Positions 25,574 to 40,582 of a DNA stretch of 64,000 nucleotides are shown here, piece by piece; position 1 is the stretch's first letter; every line of letters begins with the position of its first letter. The DNA is from Octopus sinensis. Its lineage: Eukaryota. The position numbers and the translations under genes were made by a program. The stretch spans positions 7,874,001-7,938,000 of the forward strand of contig NC_043009.1 in NCBI RefSeq assembly GCF_006345805.1. The letters run 5' to 3'. Under the pieces are notes generated by a model, which ran no database searches, was not told the origin of the DNA, and was given only the letters and a program-made list of their open reading frames with translations.

Positions 25574-25795
25574 TTAGCCTTTTAGCATTCAGATTACTCT
25601 ATAACATATGCTAATTTATTCGCATTGTTTTGAATTGATCATACACTACCTTGTAGCTTCAAGATTTCGTTGATGTGATTATTTGTTCTTAGGATATTGT
25701 AGGGTAGGTGTGAGAGGCTGGATTTGGTCAGTTTGAATGGGAAATAGGTTAAATATTTAGGCTGGATATGGCCGGTATAAATGCTAAAGGATTAA
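25574..25795. mobile_element. piggyBac-type MITE (second family)
   Basis: ttagccttttagcattc ... aatgctaaaggattaa; same family as 48060-48281 and 48351-48836. Confidence 0.7.
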
Positions 25796-26779
25796 ACAAC
25801 TGAACGCTTGAAGTAATCCTCACAGCTAGAATCAGTGACACACACAAAATATGATTGACAATAGAGAAAACTCTTAGGGTTGTATTTTAATAGTTACGTA
25901 CCAGTGATACATAAAAAGCACCCAATACATTCTGTAAAGTGGTTGGTGTTAGGAAGGGCATCCAGCAGTAGAAATCAAACTGAAACAGCTGGTGTCTAGA
26001 GCATCTCTCTGGCCTACCAGTCTCAGTCAAGCCATCTAACTCTTGCCAGCAGGGAAAATATGTTAAATGATGATGGTATGGATTTGTAACTCATGCAAAC
26101 TTGGAAAAACAGATATAAAAATGATGATGATGTACTCCAGCATGGCCACAGTCAAATGACTGAAACAAGTAAAAAGAATAGATATATATGTGTGTGTATG
26201 TGTATAGAGTTATAACTCAGTAGACTGACTACTATCCAGGTAATATAGTCTGTAGATTAAAGGGAAATCAGAATGTACAAAAACGTATCAAGTGTCATGA
26301 ATCATTATGTATCATGGGGAACATCACAGCAAGAAAACTCCTGCCATTGCATTCCAGGAAATTACCATTTATAAGTGTGCTCAGCTTCTGTCATGTGCAG
26401 TTAGTAAAGTTGTTCAAGGGAGATAACTCCCTATATAACAATATGCCAGAATATCCCACGGTTGAGTAGTTCACAGGCATCAGTATTTTAAATCTAACTC
26501 TTGGGTAATGTGATATTGTATGTTACAAGATTGGTTCTTTGAATTACACGTACACCCCATCTAATGCGCTAATACATTTTTTTCTAGCTACCCAATTTCA
26601 TTCACAAAACTTCGGGAAACTCAAGGCACTGGTAGCAGATATTTCCCCCCAAAGATGTTGTGTCATAGAATCACACACAAAATCTCACAATTGCAATCAA
26701 ACAGCTGAGTAATAGTGAAATACACTCAGTAACAATCACTCAAAATATTTTGTGGTATGTAATTGTATTTTATTATTAT

Positions 26780-27260
26780 GGCTGGGCTCCGACCTGGGCC
26801 GCAGCAACAAAGTCCACCTGTCACACTTCTCAGTCCATCATCACTAGCTTGAGATCCTGGTTACATTCCGAGTCAGTGTCTGCAATCAAGTTGTCGATGT
26901 AAGTCTGATGACATTTTCCTCTTCTTACATCACCATGAAGTGGCTTCCAGTTCAGTGTGGTGCATGCAGTGACCAAATAGCTGCAGCTGTCTTTGCCTGA
27001 TATTCTTGCTAACTTTCTGTAGGTCTCCACAAAGGCATTCATTTGTCATATGTTGCTGCCATTTCACTTTAGGGCCATTCATAGCATCCTTGTATAAGCA
27101 TCCATTTATCCTATTTAATAATTTCTTTGTCAGCATCCATGTCTCTCTGCCATATTAAAAACACTGATTTAACAGTTGCAATGAACAGCTTGATTTTGAT
27201 TGTATAATACATCTGTTCTGTAGTATTATAATCTTAGATGTCATCTCTGTAGAAATATCA
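26780..27260 (-). pseudogene. Decayed RTE-type LINE ORF2 C-terminus (distinct lineage)
   Basis: KVKWQQHMTNE...IRQRQLQLFGHC..WKPLHG..RRG....YIDNL. Confidence 0.75.
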
Positions 27261-28761
27261 GCTTAATAATTGCCACTTTTTGTTTGTTTTGTAGTTTGGT
27301 TGAGATTTGACATCTGTGGAGACGTATTGAAAACTAGTCAGTAATTGCACGTTTTGGGAGTTTAGCCTTGCAATGGCTATAAAGGTTGTTTGACTAATTA
27401 AGTGCAAGATAACTGGCGGATATATATAATTACTTTGAATCATTTCAGGAAAGTTATTTTATACCATGAGTTAGGAGCTATATATTTATAAACCTTATTT
27501 TGAATAAATCTTTATTTTTTCTTTTTTGATATATATTGTGAAAGCTTTAGATAATGTTTTCCTACTCTCAGAAATAATTAAAAACACACAAAAAATCACA
27601 CATAGACTTGTACACAAACTAACACACACACTAAATAAAAAAAAATTCTACGTTAACACAGTCACCTACTTTTGTAGCGTGTAAGCTAGGAATGTATCGA
27701 AGGATATTATCTAGGCCCACCCAGCCTGAAGTAGGTTAGCTACTGCTGCACCTGGTTGGGATTTCTGAGAGGGTTTTCAACTAGCCACTCCCTGATTTGA
27801 ATGAAGTGATAAAAACAAGTGCTAATGTTTCCAGTGTCATTTTCCACAGATAATATATTTTCACCACTGCCAACATCAGCATTGACTTCAACAAAGAAAT
27901 AATTCTCATCAAGTGTTATACAAATTAGTTACCACAAGATTAAGCATTTTTTTTCTCATAATCCTCATTTTATTTTTCCATGCTAGCATGATTGGATCAG
28001 TCATAAGTTCACGTCAATTCTTATTTGGAGTTACAGCTCCTCTTTGATGGGCTGGGAATTGTGTCTTATTTATTTGTATAGTTCCAATTTTGGCAAATAT
28101 TTTCATATATTTTTTGTATTGCTTTGCAAGATTCTTGATGTGAATTCATATGTTGAAACAAATCTTATGTCATGCATAATGACCCTCCTAAGACCCAACA
28201 AGATTCTCATGTTTAACCCCTTAAATAGTAAAAAAGGAAGCTTCTGTGCCATCACTTGGTCTATTAGAAACAGCTGTCTAGTCTTCCTCTCATTCTGGTG
28301 CCACATTAAAACCACCCAGCACACTCATGCTGGTACCATATTAAAAGCACCCAGCACACCTTGTAAAGTGGTTGGCATAAGGAAGGGAATCCAGTCATAG
28401 AAACCAAGCCAAATTAGACTGGAACCTGCTGCAGCTCTTCAGCTTGCCAACTCTGGTGAAACTGTGCCAGCAGAGAAGATGGATATTAAAGGATAATGAT
28501 GCTAGCATGGTCATATAAAAGCATTTTGCTTTGCAGTCACATTCTGGGTTTGATCCCATCTTGTGGCAGCTTTGCCAAGTGCCTTATCTCAACACAGGTC
28601 CTGTTGGTGAGGTGTTTGGAGAATGGGAAATGTGCAGAGGCCTCTACGACATTCTCTGTCTGATGGAGGATGATTTAGTCTGGTTTAACACTATCACCTC
28701 ACCTTTGAGTGCCTATAACAGGGTTCATTTTGATACAAGCATTCAGGTTAAGTCTCTAGTC

Positions 28762-29434
28762 CAGGGGTCAGAAAAGTTTTTTAACCAATTACCCCCAAAT
28801 ATATTTATGCCAACATTTCCCCCTTGATTTGGAAAGAAAATCACAGATTCTTTGAATTCAAAAGGCCTACTGAATCTATTTATATAGAGTATACAATTAT
28901 AAATATAAAAAGTATAAAACAAATGCAATAAAACAAATTAACATCTTTATTATGAAACAAAAGGATTTTTCTCGAAACTTTTCCACTTCAGATTTTGGAG
29001 AAATGATGTTTTTATTTTTGTTTCAATTACATCAAAATTGGGGCATTTTGATGCAGGAGCAATTTGGATACAGTCTTCGGGATCCAATCGATTTCATTAA
29101 AGGGTTAAATTGAATAACTATTTAAATCTAATCAAAGCAAAAACATGTGTATCAAAAAGTAAGATTAAAGCGGATTATAGAAAGCTGACAAATATCTATT
29201 AAGACACTTGACAACGCCTTAGCAACCAAATAGTTTGTAGTTCAAAATGATTTGACATCTCCTAAACATGTCCATTACATTGGACAGATGCAGTGTTGCC
29301 AGAAGAAAAATTTCTGTCGTAACAAAGAACTCGCTTTTTGTATAATTTTACATTTGTCTAATGAGTCCTCTTTACCCCCAAGTATTTCACTTTTACCCCA
29401 CATGGGGTAATTTTCCCCAGTTCCCCAACCCCTG
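28762..29434 (-). mobile_element. hAT (Charlie/Buster) deletion derivative with 8-bp TSD
   Basis: CTCTAGTC duplicated at 28754-28761 and 29435-29442; TIRs caggggt/acccctg; minus-strand remnant NRLDPEDCIQIA..SKCPNF of the hAT C-terminus. Confidence 0.85.
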
Positions 29435-30789
29435 CTCTAGTCCTTTAGAGAGAATAAATTGGATGATATGGTCCTTAATACACTATCTCAAAAAAAGAAA
29501 AAGAGATATAATGGTCAAGACTGGAGTGTTTTTGATCATGGGTTTGCTTGATCAATGAAGAATTGGCTGCAAATAACAGCAACCATCCTTTAAATAGCAT
29601 ACATTGATCTGAGTTAAAATGTCTTATTGCTTGTTGCTAATAGTCTATCTAGTGTTGCCTGTACATATTTTGAAAACTGTAACATGGCTGGATGTTCACA
29701 GAGAATAGATTAAGTCTACCACTCAGAAACAAAGGTTTGATCTAATGAGCTTTCACACAGTTTTTAATCAGCGAAATTTTAAACTTAACAATTAAAAAAA
29801 GAAATTAAAATAAAGGAACAAATTCTTAAATCCCAAAGTTCCATACAGTGGGATTGAAACAGCAACTACATAATTGTGAAGTGAATTTCAGCAGGACCAT
29901 ACATCCAATATTAAAGGTGGTTAAATGGGATTTAATGTATTTTGATTCCTGAATGAGGAAAATGACTATAGAATAGAAACCTACATAATAATGTAGTTAT
30001 TACAAAGCAACAGTATAGCCCCTACAGTTCTGTTTTGATTCCCATTGATGTTGTGATCAAATTTTCTAATATATTGTTATGATCAAATAGCATAGACACT
30101 ATGATCATAGCATCAATGCTTTGTTCAAATGCATCGAAGCTTAGACCCATTCTATCATTTTAAGGGTATGGAGGATTGCATTATCTGTTGAGTCCTTTCT
30201 TATTTAAGATTGTAGGATATGATTTGAGGGATATTTAGGTACTGTTTCTAGCAGTTCAAACCACTATATACAGCTCTCATTGTTGAGGTTTGGGGAAAAG
30301 ACATTAACTTCACAATAACATCACAACACAGCATTTTTCCTCTGCACAGCCTTTTCGGATCAGATATACTAGAAAGAAACCCTACATTTGAATTATTAAG
30401 AAGATAATTATTTTGATTAGGTACAAAAGTAGCTTATAAGGAAGATGATAAAACAATTAAATTAAAGCTAGTATTAAACTGAGACTTAGTTTATTGATTC
30501 TATAAATGCGGAAAATCTAAATCAGCCTCAGGAGGATTTTCACTCAGAGAGTTGTGCAATGAACCATAAAGTCACTAAATCCTGGTGTTTTTTTTTTTGT
30601 AATTTTATTTATTTTCTACATTTCTAGTAACTTACAATAAATTAGTCATTACTGCAGTGGACAAAATGCTTTGTGAATCTATCGCATTTCTTCCACCTTT
30701 ACACTCTGAGTTCCAAGAGCACTAAGGTCAGTGTAATCAAGTAGCCTCCTTCCATCAAATTTCAGGTCTTGTGCCTCTAGTAGAAAGGT

Positions 30790-31140
30790 TTATTACCTCC
30801 TGTGGAGGTATTGTTTTCAGTCATGTTTGTTCGTCTGTGGAAAAGATATCTCAAGAAACACTGGATTCAGATGAAACTTTCAAGGATGTTTGACCTCGTG
30901 ACTGGCATGAACTGATTAGATTTTGGAATGGATCTGGTACCGGACAAGGATTCTGGATTATTTTTTCAAGTTTTTACTTAATTTTTGAGAGCAGTCATAT
31001 TCATTTTTAGTATTCTCGTTTGTGAGAGCAGTAGAGTTTATTTCAGATATTCTCATTTTAAAAATCATCTCTGCCTAATCATTGAGAGGACATTGGTGTT
31101 GCCTTGGCAGAGGTTTGCACTCTCTGAGTGCTCTTGTTTA
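30790..31140 (+). mobile_element. Non-autonomous Helentron-associated element (HINE/DINE-1-like)
   Basis: tattacctcc..ggaggt 5' end, gtttgttcgtctgt, atctcaag...atgaaactt, and a 3' end ccttggcagaggtttgcactctctgagtgct with subterminal inverted repeat and hairpin. Confidence 0.75.
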
Positions 31141-31874
31141 GTTATAATTCTATGTTTTTGAATTCAAAATCTACCTTACTTTTCATCCTTTGGGGGCAAT
31201 GAAATAAGTATCAACGGGTTCTTTCTTTCAAAATTGTGTTTTACTTAACATTCATCATCATCATTATTTAATGTCTGCTTTCCATACTGGTGTGTATTGG
31301 ATGGTTTGACTGGAACTGACAAGCCAGAGGATTGCACCAAGCTCCAGTTTGTTTTGGCATGGTTTCTATGGCTGGATGCCCTTCCTAATGCCAACCACTC
31401 GACAGTGAGTTGGGTGCTTTTATGTGGTGGTTTTTTTTTTTGTGGTACTGAAACATGCATTTTCACATGGTGCTGGCACAGGTGCTTCATCTACATGGCA
31501 ACAGTACAGATGTTTTACCCATGGCACCAGTACCTAAGGGGTTGTCAAGTGGATTGCAAGACAAGGTCATCTCAGTTGAGAGAAGGAGAGGAATTGAGAG
31601 AGAAGTGATTGTGTGTCAGGCAAGGGTTTGGAATATTATAGAGGGACAGGGATAGCTGTTTTACTATGGAGTAGATACTTGGCTACCCAAGTAGGACAAG
31701 GAAGCAGTAGAAGAGAGAGAGAGAGAGTGAGAGAAAGAAAGATAGACTCATATTTTTATTTTTTATTTCATTTATCTGATTTCTGTGCAAATACCCACAT
31801 TTTGTTACCTGTTCTTGTAATGTCCTCATTCATTGTTTTTGCTGCTATAATTAAGAAATGATTATTATTATTAT

Positions 31875-32430
31875 GAAGGTGGCAAGCTGGCAGAATCATT
31901 TAGTATTCTGAGCAAAATGCTTAGCAGCATTTCATCCGTCTTTATGTTCTGAGTTCAAATTCCACTGAGGTCACCTTAACCTTTCATCCTTTCAAGGCTA
32001 ATAAAATAAGTACTAGTTGAGCACTGGGGTCGATGGAATTGACTTACCCCCTACCCTGAACTTATTGACCTTGTACCAAAATTTAAAATCATGAAAATGC
32101 TTTGAGATATGTTTCATCTTTTTACATTCTGGTTTCAAATCCTGCTACGGTCAACTTTATCTTTCACCCTTTTTGGGTCAACAAAATAAAGTACCAGAAT
32201 TGATGGCATTGACTAATCTCCTCTTCTCAAAATTGTGCCTAAATTAGAAACCAAGATTTGCCAGAATCATTAGTTCTGCAAACAAAATGCTTAACATTTC
32301 TTCTGAGTTTAAATTCTCCCAAGGTTGACTTTGCCTTTCACCCTTTTGGCATTGATATAAGTACCAGTTGATCACTGAGGTCAATGTAATAGAATTACTC
32401 AAATTGCTGACCTTGTGCCAAAACTTGAAA
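31875..32430 (+). mobile_element. Cluster of three decayed Nin-domain SINEs
   Basis: Repeated ctgagttcaaattcc..gaggtc..cctttcatcctt..taagtaccag. Confidence 0.7.
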
Positions 32431-33009
32431 CCATTATCATCATCATCATCATTGTAATTATTATTTGTAGCATTTAAAATTCTGTACAATTGTGAACAAT
32501 TCTAAAAGTATGGACAGGAAATGGAATAGACTAAGGAAAAATAAACATTATCACCCCTTCAAATCCTGCAACAATATCAAAGTAATAACAAAGAGATCAT
32601 TCATATCTATTCCTCCTCTCGAAAACCAGTTTAAATTTATTTTATTTTTTCTGTTAGCATTTAGGGCTGGCTCAGATCTGGCCTGTATAATTCCCAATGT
32701 TAGCTTAAGTGGTAGGCTCTTGGTAGTATTTTAGTAATTCATTTACTTGTTCCTTTGTGATATCAAATAACCAAACATTGCACTGTGACATAGTTAGTTA
32801 TAGGACATGACTAACAGTCAGTCCATGATTTTGTCTTTGAAAGTTTTTTGTTTTGTTTTATGTGGGGGAGGTTCATAAACAGAGGCCAGAGAATTTTTTT
32901 TTTTTTATATTTGAAAGTAGGTGCTGGGAAGTGAAAGAACCCCCCCCCCTGCCAGCTCTTCCAAGAAATCATGGTTTATAACCGTCATCTGATCTTTTTG
33001 AAAAAAATA

Positions 33010-33505
33010 AATATATGCATACTTGCATGTGCACTTATATTTATGTAATGTACATTTGCATGTATGTATGTGTGCGTCTATGAGCGTGTATATATATATG
33101 TGTATGTATATTATGTATGTATGTGTGTATGTATGTATATATATGTATGTGTATATATATGTTATGTATTTTATGTATGTATAGTATGATGTATATATAT
33201 GGTATGTATATATGTATGTATATTATGATGTATATATATGTATGTATGTATATATATATATGTATGTATATATATGGTTGTGTCTATGTTTTTCGTCTAT
33301 CTATGTGTTCGACGTCTTTTGGTGTCCTGTACACATATATGCGTGGTATATGTAGTATGGAGGTAGGTACGTACATATATGTTTTATATATATATGTATG
33401 TTCTATTTTATTAACATATATATATATATGTATGTATATATATTATGTATGTATATATGTATGTATATATATATATATGTATATGTATATATGTATATAT
33501 GTATG

Positions 33506-33540
<35 letters not shown>

Positions 33541-33546
33541 GATATG

Positions 33547-33579
<33 letters not shown>

Positions 33580-35129
33580 CCTAGTATATGTATATATATA
33601 TATATATATGTATGTCTGTATATATTATGTATAATATATATATAATGTATATATGTATTATATATGTATGTTTATATATATGTATGTATATATGTATGTA
33701 TATATATATATATATATGTATGTATATATGTATGTATATATATATATGTATGTATATATTATATATATATATGTATATATGTATGTATATATATATATGT
33801 ATGTATATATATATATATATATATATGTATTATTTATGTATGTATATATATTGTATATATATATATATATATATATGTAGATATAATGTATATAATATAT
33901 ATATATTATATATATGTATTATATATGTATGTATATGGTATGTATGTATATATGTATGTATATGTATGTATATGTATGTATATGTGTATGTATATGTATA
34001 TATATATGTTGTATATATATATGTATATGTATATCTATATGTATATATAATGTATGTATATATGTATGTATATGTAGATATATATGTATATATATATATA
34101 TGTAGTATATATGTATGTATATGTATATATATGTATGTATGTATATGTATATATATATGTATGTATGTATAGTATATATATATGTATTATGTATAGTTAT
34201 ATATATATGTATGTATGTATATGTATATTATATGTATGTATGTATATGTATTATGTATATGTATATGTATTTAATGTATATGTATATATTATGTGTATAT
34301 ATGTATGTATATATGTATGTATATATGTTTATATATATGGTATGTATGTATATATATTATGTAGGTATGTATATATATTGTATGTATGTATGTATATATA
34401 TATTTATGTATGTATGTATATATATATGTATTATATAGTATGTAGATATATAGTATGTATGTATGTATATATATATGTATGTATAATATATATGTATGTT
34501 ATGTATGTATGTATGGTATATGTATGTATGATAATGTATGTATGTATATATGTATGTATATATATGTATACTATGTATATATGTTGTATATATATGTATA
34601 TGTATATATATATGTAATATATAATATGTATAATATATGTATTATATATGTATGTATATATGTAGGTATATGTATATATATATTATGTATATGTATATAT
34701 ATATGTATGTATATGTATAGATATATGTATGTATGTATATGTAGATTATATTATGTATGTATATTATATATATGTATTATATATGTATATAGGTATATTA
34801 TATATGTATGTATATATGTATATTATTGTATGTATGGTATAATATGTATATATACTAATATCTGTATGTATATATGTATATATGTATGTATATATGTAGT
34901 ATATATGTATATGTATATATGTATGTATAATATATTGTATATATGTATAGATATATATATGTATATATGTATGTATATATATATGTATATATGTAATGTA
35001 TATATGTATGTAGTATATATATGTATGTATATATATGTATGTAGTATAATAATATATATATATTATGTATGTATATATGTATGTAATGTATATATATATA
35101 TGTATGATATATATGTATGTAATATATGT

Positions 35130-35208
<79 letters not shown>

Positions 35209-35250
35209 TATATATATATGTATTATATAATATGTATGTATATATATATA

Positions 35251-35287
<37 letters not shown>

Positions 35288-35636
35288 TATATATGTTGTA
35301 TGTATATAGTATGTATATGTATATATGTATGTATATATAATATATGTATGTATAGTATGATAATATATATATTATATGTATGTATATATATATGTATGTA
35401 TATGTATATATGTATGTATTGTATATATATATGTATGTATCTAGATATATATATGTATGTAATATATATATTTATAGATTATTATATATATATTATATAT
35501 GTATGTAATATATATAGGTATGTATGTATATATCTAATGTATGTATATATATATATATATATGTAATGTATATATATATTATATTGTATGTATATATATA
35601 TATATATGATATATATGTATGTTATATAATATTATA

Positions 35637-35676
<40 letters not shown>

Positions 35677-36038
35677 ATATATATATATATATGTATGTAT
35701 ATATATATATATGTATGTATAATATTATATAATTATATATTATATATATATATGGTATGTATATATTTATATATGTATGGTTATATAATATATATGTATG
35801 TATGTATATATATATAATATATGTATGTAATATATATTATATGTATGTATATTATATATATATGTATGTATGTATATATATATATATTTTATGTATGTAT
35901 ATATATATATATGTATGTATGTATATATATTATAGGATATTATATATATATATATATGTATGTATTATATAGAATATATATATATGTATGTATATATATA
36001 TATCTATATGTATGTATATATATATATATATATGTATG

Positions 36039-36069
<31 letters not shown>

Positions 36070-36145
36070 CTATATATTATATTGTTATGTATATATATAT
36101 GTAGATGTGTATACACGCACACACACACACACACATATATATATA
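33010..36145. repeat. About 3.1 kb degenerate (TA)n/(TATG)n low-complexity tract
   Basis: Almost only T and A with G, and nearly no C on the + strand. Confidence 0.97.
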
Positions 36146-36805
36146 GTGTAATTTCATTTGAAAGTAAGCAGATGGTGTGGTTTATTCTGGTCTTATAGTA
36201 AGCAAATGGAATATATTATACCTTCAGGATATGTTACTTAATAATATTGTTATTGGTTGGTTGGTTGGTTGGTTGGTGGTTCTGCGATAGAATATTTGAA
36301 ATTCTTACAAAAAGCTACCTAACCAAGACAATACAAGACAGTGGAAAATGCTGTGAAAAACAGAATGTCTAATTGGCTACTTTACTGTATCTAGGTTACT
36401 GTTTCAGTGTTCTGAAATCCCATAACAAGGTTTTGACTTCATCTTTCATCCTTTTAGCTGTCGATCAAAACAACAGTAAAATGATGGAGTGAATGAATAT
36501 TATATCTGATTGGATGCTTCTATGAAAAACTAAACTCATACAATGTTAAAAAAAAAAAACAAGAAAATGCAATTAATGAATACATTTTCATTGAGATTGT
36601 ACAGGTGTGATTTTGGGGTAAGAAGTTTGCTTCGCAACCAGATGGTTCTGAGTTCAGTACTACTGTGTGATACCATGGACAATGTCTTCTACTATAGCCT
36701 CAGTCTGACCAAAGCCTTGTGAGTAGATATGGTAGACAGAAAATGGAAGAAGCTTGTGTGTGGGTGTGTATGTATGTATGTATGTATGTATGTATATATC
36801 ATATA

Positions 36806-36840
<35 letters not shown>

Positions 36841-36884
36841 GTATATATATATACACACACCACACACACACACCCACACCACAC

Positions 36885-37205
36885 ACAGCATGGTTTTCAG
36901 TAGTTAGAGTATCAGGCTCACAATCATGAGGTATTGACTTCCATTCCTGGACTGGGCTGAGTGTTGTGTTCTTGAGCAAGACACTTTATTTCATGTTGAT
37001 CCAGGTCACTCAGCTGTAGAAATGAGTTGCGATGTCACTGGTTCAAAGCTGTATCGGCCATTGCCTTTCCTTTGAATAATCTTGGTGGCATGGAGAGGGG
37101 AGGTTGGTAAGCATGGGCGACTGCTGGTCTTCCATAAACAACCTTAGCTGGACTTGTTCCTTGGAGGGGAACTTTTAAGGTGCAATCCCTATGGGATTGC
37201 ACCTT
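36885..37205 (+). mobile_element. SINE family B
   Basis: Sense copy of 24566-24907. Confidence 0.8.
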
Positions 37206-37644
37206 ACCCTTCTTTTTTTTACCTGTATACATGTGTATTTGCATCTCCTTGTCTTGTGATCGTAGTGATTGTCTCTGTTAGTGTTGTTCATTTCCAATAT
37301 TCTGTGAAAACATGACTGGTTATGGGGAAATATAACTTTACTTGGAAATGAGTGAGGGTTGGTGCCAGGAAGGGCATCCAGCAATAGAAAATCTGCTTCA
37401 ATATCTGTTTGACCTATACAAGCATGGAAAAGTGGACATTAATTGATGGTGATGATTCGTGCAGGCATGGTTAAGTGGTTAAGGAGTATTCTTTGCAACC
37501 ACATGTCTTTAGGTTCAACTACTCAATACAGCACTGTGGAAAAGGGTATTCCACTAAAGCCACATGGTTCATGACTGCTCATGAGTGAAACCTATTGGAT
37601 GGAATTGCGCAGAAACCTGTATGTGCATGTTTGTGTTTTCGCAA

Positions 37645-38160
37645 GGGCTGAGGACAGCTGCGTAAAGAAGTACCAATTTCTGGCTGTGGAGGGAATCTGT
37701 GGAAGTGGTAGACTCAGGAAGACATGGAATGAGATGGTGAAGTATAATTTTTGGATGCTGAATCTCAATGAGGTGATGTCAAGTGACTGAGACCTTTGGC
37801 GATTTGCTGTACTTCACAAGACACATCAAACTAAGTGAAATTGCCATGGCCAATGTTGGTGAGATGTAAAAGGTGCCCATGCTGGTGGCACTTGTGCCGG
37901 TGACATGTAAAAGGCACTTGTGCCAGGGACATATAAAGGGCACACCCATGCTGGTGACATGTAAAAAAGCACCTATGCCAGAGACACATAAAAGGCACCC
38001 AGTACATTCTGTGGAGTGGTAGTCATTAGGAAGGGCATCCAGCTGCAGAAATGAAGCCAAAATAGACTGGAACCTGGTGCAGCTTTCCAGCTTACCAGCC
38101 CCATTTAAAATGTTTTACCCATGCCAGAATGGATAATAGATAGTAAATGCTGATGATGAT
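37645..38160 (+). mobile_element. RTE 3' fragment with 4-5 internal UTR repeats
   Basis: EDSCVKK...GSGRLRKTWNE, repeated gacatgtaaaaggcac, (GAT)n tail. Confidence 0.85.
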
Positions 38161-39086
38161 GTACACATGAGTGAAAAAAGCAATAAACTGGTGCATTCAA
38201 ATAAAAGTACCTTGGATTTTTCCCCCCATGAGTTGCATAGACACTTCCTTCTCACTCTCAGATTGATTGGAAATGCTGTGAACCAGTAACTGGCGTGTTA
38301 GAAACCAGTGATGCTAATATAATATACAACGCTGTTGTTAAAAAAATGCATACTATACAATACAAAATATGTATGTTAAGAAAAAAAAAAAGATATTTGT
38401 TAACGCAAATTGGTAACATGAATCACTTAATAGAATGCAATTTGATGGTTCACTGCAAACTAGTTTTGTTTGTATGCTCTGGAACAAGGAAACCTAATTT
38501 TACATTACTTCACTTTACCTCCTCCTTATCATCATCATCATCTGCATCTTTATTTTAATGTCTTCTTTTCCATGCTTGCATGGCTCAGACAGAATTTGTG
38601 GTTAGACTTTTTTATGGCTGGATGCCCTTCCTCTTGCCAACCCTTAACTGTTTCCAAGCAAGGTAATATTCTTCATGACTAGGTGTGTTTCTTTTTTTTT
38701 TCTTTTTCTTTTTTTTTTTTTGCATGGAAGACTGGAAAGGAACAAGGCTTGTATGATGATGCTTGCTTACAAACATAAGGTAAAAACAAGGGTATACACA
38801 CACACAAGCACACACACACACACATACAGACACACTCACACTTACACACTCACACTTACACACTCACAAATGTGTGTACACACACACACACCTCATGTGC
38901 ACACATGTACACAAACATGCATGCACGCACAAGCATGCGCGCACACACACACACACGCATACAAACATCTACACGCACACTCACACAGAATGAGCTTTGG
39001 TTGGCACTGAGCTTTAGGAGATGACACTTTCTCAAGTTGTTTAGGAAAATTGATGCTCTGCTTTTCTAGGAAAGTTACCTCTGGCT

Positions 39087-39116
39087 TTAAAGAGACAACA
39101 TGATTTCTTCTACCCT
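39087..39116 (-). CDS. Candidate last coding exon of - strand gene (RVEEIMLSL*)
   Basis: acattttag acceptor; phase 0 continues 39847-39868. A GAG|gtaact donor lies 8 nt past the stop. Confidence 0.3.
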   Translation of the reverse strand, partial: RVEEIMLSL

Positions 39117-39846
39117 CTAAAATGTCATTAAGTACTTGTCGTGTTGCATCGTTTTAAGCTTTTGTTTGTGAAGCAGCAGTAATTGTATCTTGGGTTAGTT
39201 AAATGTCTAACACAATTTAGTTTCATTATGTTGTATTGTAAGCGGCATTCTTTCACTAGAGTCAACAATGACTTTCCAGTTATGGTGGCTGTTATAGTTG
39301 TCACCTGAATTGAGTAGATCTATAAAAATACATTCTGGGATCATACCATCGTTTTTCCTTTTGTCTATATCTAAAACTATATTGTGTGATATCGCATTTT
39401 TTTTAATGTAAAAAACAGAATGTGAGTTGGAGCTGCTGCTATTTCTAGCAAGTTGAAATCATCATCATCATCATTATTGTTTAACGTCCGTTTTCCATGC
39501 TAGTATGGGTTGGACGGTTCAACTGGGGTCTAGGAAGCCAGAAGGCTGCGCCAGGCCCGGTCTGATCTGGCAGTGTTTCTACAGCTGGATGCCCTTCCTA
39601 ACGCCAGACCACATAAATGCTACTTTGTTGAGTTGTTCTAACAAAAATGATAAAATAACTATCAAGCATGTACTTGAGTTGATTTGTCCTGTATGTCAAC
39701 TGGTAAATGTTGGAATTCATATTGTGACATGAATGGCGAGTATTTGTTCAGGTGCCACAAATAAGCCCCTCAGCTTTAGCAAGCTAATACTATGATGCAG
39801 TTTTAGCCCCAAATTGATGATCTCTCAATAAAAACAGGTTCCTTAC

Positions 39847-39868
39847 AAATAGTGATTCAAGAAAGAAC
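39847..39868 (-). CDS. Candidate 22-nt microexon
   Basis: aatttttgcag|GTTCTTTCTTGAATCACTATTT|gtaagg in unique sequence. Confidence 0.45.
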
Positions 39869-40483
39869 CTGCAAAAATTATGTGATTCTTATAACATTGT
39901 GTGTGTTATAAGCCATCAACTATGTTGGGTTTTTTAATATTCCTTGCATCGAATGTGTTAACACTATTGTTTATTTCATACAGATTGCATTTCATTATAA
40001 TTTATTTCTTGCCACTGTTGTTTGGGCAAAAACGTAATAAACACAATGAACTCCCATTGAAAAATAATCTATATTTCATGCATATACAAGAAAGAATTGT
40101 GTATGCATATATAATATATATGTGTGTGTGTGTGTATGCATGCATGTTCATGTAAGTCTTATATATGCATGATTTTGTGTTTGTGTGTGAATGTGTGTGC
40201 ATGGCAGGAATAGTGGGAAGCCAGACAAAGCATCTTCCGCTATTTAGATCTACCACTCTCTGTTCTTGGTGTTTCAAATCTTTCATACCAGAGTTTAACT
40301 GACGTTACCTTTCATTGCTCTGTGTTAGGTGGGTGTTTGCTGCTCGGGGTGAGGGGCAGGCTGATAAAATAATTAATAGTTCATGAAGCCAATTCAATCA
40401 ACTTTATCCCCCTCACCACCACCACTACCACTAACATCACCCAACCTCATACAAATTAATGGCTTCATGCCAATATGAGAAAT

Positions 40484-40582
40484 CATTATTATTATCATTA
40501 TTATCATTATTATTATTATCATTATTATTATTATTATCATTATTATTATTATCATTATTATTATTATTATCGTTATTATTAT
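40484..40582. repeat. (ATT/ATC)n microsatellite
   Basis: Seen directly. Confidence 0.95.

Noticed and set aside
27740-27930. Start-less minus-strand open frame of about 62 codons
   Set aside because: Weak donor, no recognisable motif, length compatible with chance.
33117-36198. Long Tyr/Ile/Met/Val/Cys ORFs up to 284 aa
   Set aside because: Translations of TA/TATG microsatellite.
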